A stretch of 64,000 nucleotides of DNA, from contig JAQGDQ010000281.1 in NCBI GenBank assembly GCA_030141605.1, positions 239,465 to 303,464 on the forward strand. The letters are read 5' to 3'. Of the stretch, positions 56,201 through 64,000 are shown piece after piece (the first letter of the stretch is position 1; each line of letters opens with the position of its first letter). Below the pieces are notes generated by a model that was given only the letters and a program-made list of their open reading frames with translations, had not been told where the DNA came from and made no database searches. The position numbers and the translations under genes are program-made. The DNA is from Tubiluchus corallicola (Eukaryota; Animalia; Priapulida).

Positions 56201-59200
56201 ATTAAGTTGTGGTCTTGGTCGTAAAGTAGGTCGTAAGTTAAATAGGTTGTACGTTGATGACTATGTGTATTCTTTTAACAGTTTCACAGCATTATTTCTT
56301 GTTCCAAGCTTCTCAGATAGTCTGCACAAAAGAAATAATTTTTAAAATGCAATTATGGGTTTTTAGGTGGATCAGATCAACTCTTTGGGATTCCTGCTTC
56401 TGAAAAGAATGAGCCAGCTGATGTTTCTCAACCTCCTGCTGAAGGTTCTCTATTCGATGATGATGAAGATGATCTCTTCAGCATACCTATCTCAGCAAAA
56501 ACTGCAAAACCAAAATCGAGTATGCATTTGGTTTAATGTTTCAAGCTTCAATACTCTTATGCTGTCGATTTCACACACAGTATATATATATATCACAAAT
56601 TGGATACATCAGTGCAAAGCTGTAACCAGATCATGTGCCACAATGCTTTCGGTCATGGAGATGAAACTTTTGTCAACAAAGCAGACTGCGTCACAAAATA
56701 CTGAATTTCACATCTTTTAAAATTATTCCAGGAAGGCCCAGCAAAAAAATTGGTGCAGACCCTGAACTGTTGACAACATGTCGCCATGACGAACATATTC
56801 ACGAATGATCAATAATGCAAGTTTATCTAAAATAATAGTGACTCATTTATTTAGAAAATAAGCTGAAGAATATGTGTGGTATGCCCCTTATAAGCATTCT
56901 GTATTTTTTCAGTGGGACGTTACAAAATTGAAATGTTGAATTATGCTGTTGTCACATTGTTTATCACAATCAATTTGGATTTAATGAAATGAATCTGAAT
57001 CTTTCTGAATCTTTTATCTCCATTCGTGCATTGTTTTTTCTGTGACATGAAAATTGTTCAAAAACCGTAGTTTTCCATGCCTGTGTTTGAACAAAATTTT
57101 TGCAAAATTTGGATAGGCCCATTTGGAGTAGTAGACTCTGTGTAATGGTGGTTTTTTTGTTTACGTTTTTCCCTTTGCCTCAAACCAAAAACTTAAAACC
57201 TGCTAACGAAGAACGAAACTTTAGGTTAATTATTTTACTCTAAAATTGTGGACAAAATGGCTGGGCGTGCCTAATAGCTTTGAAAATATTGAAAATTAGC
57301 CACATCAATATTTATTTAATTCCGTGAGTCTCGCCTATTATGGAAGTTTCTGTAGCATTAATTTCATCCGGTTAAAAGACATGATAATAATTAGCGTCCA
57401 TCTATGTATAATTTTGATTGTCAATGCCTGCATAAATTGCATTCTTTAGTCATAAACACTCAAGTCTGTAAAAATGTTTGTTAGTAAAGGAATACTGGTC
57501 GATCTCATTTCCAAAGGGTGGGTAATGAAATTTTACATAACTTGAAACTGTGTAATTGTTGCAATAGCTTGTGTATGCAGTTTCATTTTATGTAGTTACT
57601 GCTAGCAGTGAATACCTCTTGAGAACATTTACTTGTGAAGTTCTTTAATGTTAAACAGTGTTTAAAAATATTGTAACTAACTATATAATTATTATAGTAT
57701 CATCCATATTAATATTCTTTACCAAAAGGCAGTATTGGTGCATTATAATCCATGTTTCTATTTTGCAATAACGCTTTACAGAATATTTCAAAGACCACGA
57801 GACTAAGCTGTTAAGGTGATCAAACTGAGTACTGTAGAAATAGGATAGATAAATTCTTAGTGACAAGATTAGTGAAAATCTTTCTTTTTCAACACAACAT
57901 AAATTGCAGACAGATTCATGGATGTTTTTAATTTTTATTTCTCACAAAAACAGATATTTTGAAACCCATTACAGGTTTCTTCATCAGTGTTTGTGCAAGT
58001 ACATGGCATCCTTGAAATGGCAGATTGAAGAAAAAGCCCTAACAAAAATACACAAAAGTGCCTTCACCACAACCAGCATCACAACCCCAGAAACCCCAAT
58101 AACAAATATTTATGTACATAATTTAATGGATATAATCATGTTACAAGCCGTCTACTAAATTTTTGATATAAAGTAAGCCACCCACTATTAATGTACCGAG
58201 ATTATTCTAAATCTTTTTGATTATTAATCATAGCACCACTAAATTTCTTTATGTAAAGTGCTTTTTTTACAGCCATTTACAATACTTCTGTAAAGTTCCT
58301 CTTTTACAATCTTTCTTTATCCTTGTTTATTAATTATAGAGATTTTTATTCAATATATACTGCACATGGATACAGTGAAATGATTACCAAAATTTTTACC
58401 TTGTGGGTTACTGGGTTAGTAGGGTTTTCGATTTGGTTCTCTCACCTCCCTCTTAACTACAAGACTACCGAGACCAAACCAATGATTACGTATCGCCCAC
58501 TGGTAACTTGCCTGTGTTGGTACGTTTTGATGCGTTCACACATATTAGAGTTATGCCTGAATTTCTATTAATAACTGTCTTTATAAATTTATGCAAAAGT
58601 ATTTACAAATAAACTTTATTTAAATGAAATTACCCAAAACTATTGAAGCTGTCGAAAGAATGCAGTGCCCAATTTTAGTTTGCAGCTTAATATTATCCAT
58701 GGGAAGAAATATCTGAAGAGCAAATGTTGTTTTAGTTAAAACTTATTTCACAATAAAAGAAAAAAATATGTATGTCGTCTTCACACTGTTGTATGCTGCA
58801 CAATGAACCTTGCTTTACATGTTATTTTAGCTCGACCAACATCGTTGTTTGATGGTGATAGTGGCAGTGACTATGATGATGTAAAAAGTGCTCGTAAAGA
58901 AGACGAAAGTGTAAATAAGAAACAGGTATAATTCTTATGGCACTAATAAAGAATCTTTTTGCTTTTCAAGCCATTTATTATTATTTTAGTTTGTCTTGTT
59001 TTGCCTTATTTTGCACAAGTTATGAACATTATTTTTAGACACCCTATACCACACCTAACGAGCCTATAATAGCAGCAATAGGAACTGAAAATGGCAGTGG
59101 TCCAAATGGTATTGTAGAGCGAAGACCCTCGAGTCAGATTAGCGACGAGAAAAAGGGAAGTACCCCTTTGTCAGCCTCCAGCAACAGTCTATTTGCGGAC

Positions 59201-61647
59201 GAACCAGATAGGGACATGTTTTCCTCCATTCCACCACCTCTTACTGCCAGGTTTGTCATAATTTAGTTTACAGATTCTTTTATTGATGTGCTTATTTATT
59301 GGTGCTTTCATTGCTACTGTGTTACTGGCCATCTTATTAGTCTGCTATCAATCATCATTGAAGTGTCTGAAGCCTTGCTAAATCAATATTTGCTAGATTT
59401 AATAGAACTTTAGAATCCTTAAATAAGGCCGTGTTAATAGCTCTTAGCACATCCAAGGTTGTCAATAAAGCCTGGCGTAAAAGTCTATTCCACAAGCTTC
59501 ACTCTTATAAACTAGGGTGGTAGCATGATGTCTGTTTGTTTCTGCAAGTTGTTTATAAAGGCTGTCTATGTATAAAATAAAAGCTGATGGTGTTTAAACG
59601 TTCTACCATAGCACGTACTTCATTTCAACTCTTCCTCAGGTTCATTTAAACTTGGTACTTTCAATGCTTGCTAATTATACTGATGATAGTGTTCAATAGT
59701 TACCACAAAACCATCCTGGACAACTCGCGATTGGAAGCACCTTGCTTGCCTCTGAAATGATCTCGATTTCCAGAAGATTATCTTAAAATCTGGATTATAA
59801 ATAATTATTTAGTTATTAAGTTCCCTAACATTTTGTGCTGGGAATTTTCTGAAAAAATTGTTGTTGTAACACTGGCGTATGTAGTCAGTTTACTTTTCAA
59901 TACAAATTGTGTGTATATTGTGCTCTTCACCTTATACTTTTCCATTATAGGACTTATGTAATTCGATTAGTAATTACTTTTAAGTGTTTTCTTGCAAGCT
60001 ATTGCTAATCAATAAGTCACTTCAATCTGCTGATGAAGCATAAATGGACTGTGACCCTATTTACTGACTAAACACTGTGCTTTATCAATACAATCCACTT
60101 TTACTTAGAAAACAATTGCAAGTATTGCTGCATTTTGTCAAAAAGGTGGGAATATATTGTCTGCTTGAGAAGATTTAAATAACTGATGCTCGTAAGTATT
60201 GATATTTCAAATTTTTGATCTTCAGTGCTATTAAATCGTCATCAGGGATGTCACTCTTTGACGATGATGACGAAGAAGATTTATTTGCGTCGTTCACACG
60301 CCAACCAGATAAACCATCGGCCAAGGTACACTCATTTGTTTGCCCAGGTCTCCTTTATTTAACCTAATTCTGTCTCGTGGCTCTTATGAGTGCGTTTACT
60401 TTTTGTGTATAAACAGGCGAAACTTTTAGTGGAAAGAACAAGACCATTAGTTTCACGAAAAGAATATTTTGCTGATTTAGAGGAGTGGTAATCATGATTC
60501 AATCTAGTTAAATCTTTAGTCAATTATTCTAACTTCATTAATGTAAGTTAGTATAATTTTTTTTATACTAAGCTCTTGATATTCTAAGATATCAAGAATT
60601 TTTTTTTTATTGATTTGTTTTGATGCTTTCTTTGTTAGGTAGCTGAACATGTCAAGAAAGCAATAGTTGCAATTTACAAGCATTTTTTACAAGTCCTTTG
60701 TATTGTAGAGACTGTGTTTTTCTAAAACTATGTAACGTCTTCAAAACGTTAAATGAAACAACTAATGACATTTTTTTAGTGTATTTTTACAATTATATGT
60801 AATGTGACCAGGAGAGACTTAAAATGGCAGTATTTACTTACTAATCTGTATGTCCTGAATGGGAATTTAAATTTATAATGTTATGACTTGGCAGATAATC
60901 ATCATTTTTTTGCAATAGCCGTCATCTAAGATTCCAGAAAAGAAAACGTTGTCACTATTTGATGACGATGACAATGACATTGATGTAGACATTAGTTTCT
61001 CCTCGACATCAAAAACTAGGTAATAGTTTGTAAGAATTTTGGAACGAGTTATTGTGGTGTTTTGTTTCTATCATATCGTTAAATTTAACTTTTTTTAAAT
61101 ATATTCTTGTTTTTCCCCGACAACAAACAAAGTCTGCTAACCGATCGCTACTAGTAGCTAGAAATAAAGCTAATTAATTGGTCAGTAGTGAAGATAAATG
61201 AATCAATATTGTTTATCTTTGCAAAGTTTTTAATAACTACCTATCTGCTTCAAGAACAGTTAAATGTTAATAAATGCCCAAACAGTTAACATCAATAAAA
61301 CATCATAAGAAATAGTTAAAATATCAACTTAAGCTATGTTACTTGAATTATCTTTGTTTATTTTTATGCCTACATGAGAATATGCATTTGAAGAGTGTTT
61401 TTCTTGCTATTTATGTGAATACAAACTTCTTTGTGTGTTTAGTGTAAAAGCTAATCCTGAAGCTAAGCCTGAACCTGCAAAAATCAACACTGTTCTATCA
61501 AAACCCACCTTGAAAAAATCGCTGTCTTTGTTTGATGATGATAGTGATGAAGATGTCCATGAAGAAGGAGTGATTGCAAGCAAATCACCTAGTAACACTA
61601 ATACTGAGGCAGAAATACCTGTGCCTGAAGATAAACCACCTGTACAG
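47250..61647 (+). CDS. WASHC2: WASH complex subunit 2 (FAM21), 3'-partial; exons 47250-47366, 48143-48307, 49828-49881, 51155-51319, 53398-53592, 53799-53949, 54384-54497, 54852-54967, 55702-55855, 56367-56519, 58831-58925, 59039-59250, 60226-60325, 60919-61019, 61443-61647
   Basis: All introns are GT-AG with compatible phases, giving 2097 nt (699 codons) without a stop. The N-terminus [82 protein letters not shown] matches the FAM21 head. It also has KLPAGAVSLF and several LFa repeats (SLFDDDEDDLF, SLFDDDDEEDLF). Confidence 0.96.
50349..50852. mobile_element. TA-flanked MITE in a WASHC2 intron
   Basis: TIRs TCTCGGTTTGCC(A/T)GAC at both ends, with TA on both sides. Confidence 0.7.
57885..59798 (+). 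repeat. Left arm of a large inverted duplication (may extend further left)
   Basis: Near-identical to the reverse complement of 62042-64000. ORF-track pairs 57904+/63724- and 58323+/63312- confirm it. Confidence 0.97.
59370..59700 (+). mobile_element. Highly decayed LINE RT remnant (also present inverted at about 62140-62470)
   Basis: AVLIALSTSKVVNKAWRKSLFHKLHSY resembles the RT motif xALDISKAFDKVWHxxLLxKL. Confidence 0.5.
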
Positions 61648-62041
61648 GTATGAGACTCGACAATAATGAAATTTTGCTCATTTACATTCATTTAATAAAT
61701 GAACACGAATTCACATCTTATAATTGCGACGTTACTCACATTGATAGCAAGATTAAAAGATCTTAGATTAGTTGACAAAAAAAATTTGAAATGTTGCTGC
61801 TTCATTGTGGTGTATTTAATGTATAATTGGCTTGTATAATGTATAATGTATATTCAATTGATAATTTATTTAAATTGGCTTGCTTAGAAACTTCTGTTGT
61901 ACAAGTAGATTATATAAGTCTTATAATGGAAATGAGTGGGTGAAATAATATAAATATATGAACACTACTTGAAAACTGATTCACATACGCCAGTAGCAAC
62001 AACACTTTTCAAAATTTCAGCACAAGAAAACCTTATGGCCA

Positions 62042-64000
62042 ATAATCCAGATTTTAAGGTAATCTTCTGGAAATCGAGATCATTTCAGAGGCAAGCAAGG
62101 TGCTTCCAATCACGAGTTGTCCAGGATGGTTTTGTGGTAACTATTGAACACTATCATCAGTATAATTAGCAAGCATTGAAAGTACCAAGTTTAAATGAAC
62201 CTGAGGAAGAGTTGAAACGAAGTACGTGCTATGGTAGAACGTTTAAACACCATCAGCTTTTATTTTATACATAGACAGCCTTTATAAACAACTTGCAGAA
62301 ACAAACAGACATCATGCTACCACCCTAGTTTATAAGAGTGAAGCTTGTGGAATAGACTTTTACGCCAGGCTTTATTGACAACCTTGGATGTGCTAAGAGC
62401 TATTAACACGGCCTTATTTAAGGATTCTAAAGTTCTATTAAATCTAGCAAATATTGATTTAGCAAGGCTTCAGACACTTCAATGATGATTGATAGCAGAC
62501 TAATAAGATGGCCAGTAACACAGTAGCAATGAAAGCACCAATAAATAAGCACATCAATAAAAGAATCTGTAAACTAAATTATGACAAACCTGGCAGTAAG
62601 AGGTGGTGGAATGGAAGAAAACATGTCCCTATCTGGTTCGTCCGCAAATAGACTGTTGCTGGAGGCTGACAAAGGGGTACTTCCCTTTTTCTCGTCGCTA
62701 ATCTGACTCGAGGGTCTTCGCTCTACAATACCATTTGGACCACTGCCATTTTCAGTTCCTATTGCTGCTATTATAGGCTCGTTAGGTGTGGTATAGGGTG
62801 TCTAAAAATAAAACATAGCAGATGGAAAGTTTAAAAATGATGAATGCAAAGCATAATGTTCATAACTTGTGCAAAATAAGGCAAAACAAGACAAACTAAA
62901 ATAATAATAAATGGCTTGAAAAGCAAAGATTCTTTATTAGTGCCATAAGAATTATACCTGTTTCTTATTTACACTTTCGTCTTCTTTACGAGCACTTTTT
63001 ACATCATCATAGTCACTGCCACTATCACCATCAAACAACGATGTTGGTCGAGCTAAAATAACATGTAAAGCAAGGTTCATTGTGCAGCATACAACAGTGT
63101 GAAGACGACATACATATTTTTTTCTTTTATTGTGAAATAAGTTTTAACTAAAACAACATTTGCTCTTCAGATATTTCTTCCCATGGATAATATTAAGCTG
63201 CAAACTAAAATTGGGCACTGCATTCTTTCGACAGCTTCAATAGTTTTGGGTAATTTCATTTAAATAAAGTTTATTTGTAAATACTTTTGCATAAATTTAT
63301 AAAGACAGTTATTAATAGAAATTCAGGCATAACTCTAATATGTGTGAACGCATCAAAACGTACCAACACAGGCAAGTTACCAGTGGGCGATACGTAATCA
63401 TTGGTTTGGTCTCGGTAGTCTTGTAGTTAAGAGGGAGGTGAGAGAACCAAATCGAAAACCCTACTAACCCAGTAACCCACAAGGTAAAAATTTTGGTAAC
63501 CATTTCACTGTATCCATGTGCAGTATATATTGAATAAAAATCTCTATAATTAATAAACAAGGAAAAAGAAAGATTGTAAAAGAGGAACTTTACAGAAGGC
63601 TGTAAATGGCTGTAAAAGAAGCACTTTACATAAAGAAATTTAGTGGTGCTATGATTAATAATCAAAAAGATTTAGAATAATCTTGGCACATTAATAGTGG
63701 GTGGCTTACTTTATATCAAAAATTTAGTAGACGGCTTGTAACATGATTATATCCATTAAATTATGTACATAAATCTTTGTTATTGGGGTTTCTGGGGTTG
63801 TGATGCTGGTTGTGGCGAAGGCACTTTTGTGTATTTTTGTTAGGGCTTTTTCTTCAATCTGCCATTTCAAGGATGCCATGTACTTGCATAAACACTGATG
63901 AAGAAACCTGTAATGGGTTTCAAAATATCCGTTTTTGTGAGAAAGAATAAAAATTAAAAACATCCATGAATCTGTCTGCAATTTATGTTGTGTTGAAAAA
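62042..64000 (-). repeat. Right arm of the inverted duplication, with antisense copies of WASHC2 exons 11 (63052-62958) and 12 (62801-62590)
   Basis: Reverse complement of 57885-59798 with scattered SNPs, small indels and one 45-bp indel. It runs off the window end. Confidence 0.97.

Noticed and set aside
57904-58571. Duplicated 82-117 aa ORFs (mirrored at 63312-63981) as a gene pair
   Set aside because: Intronic chance ORFs with TTG starts, duplicated only because they lie in the inverted arms.

Overview
AT-rich, intron- and transposon-rich eukaryotic DNA, most likely from an invertebrate animal (inferred from gene content); nothing prokaryotic was seen. I reconstructed two spliced genes by hand that the ORF track mostly misses. 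(1) A calexcitin-like EF-hand gene on the - strand has three coding exons (33252-33165, 16829-16777, 10823-10686) and introns of about 16.3 and 6.0 kb; its remaining exons were not found and probably lie left of the window. (2) WASHC2/FAM21 on the + strand has 15 phase-compatible exons (47250-61647, 699 codons) and is 3'-incomplete. Between them lie an intronless 311-aa predicted secreted protein with a divergent discoidin (F5/8 type C)-like C-terminus (42262-43197) and a nested TE cluster (37060-41860). The window opens with a 5'-truncated LINE whose RT frame is open for about 666 codons and abuts a (GA)n tract. The best leads are: an inverted duplication of at least 1.9 kb inside WASHC2 that copies two exons and has a short diverged inner extension (real rearrangement or haplotype mis-join); a recursive-splice/microexon-like motif near the midpoint of the 16.3 kb calexcitin intron; a candidate N-myristoylated calexcitin; and the orphan secreted discoidin-like protein. 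All homology calls are by eye, without database searches.
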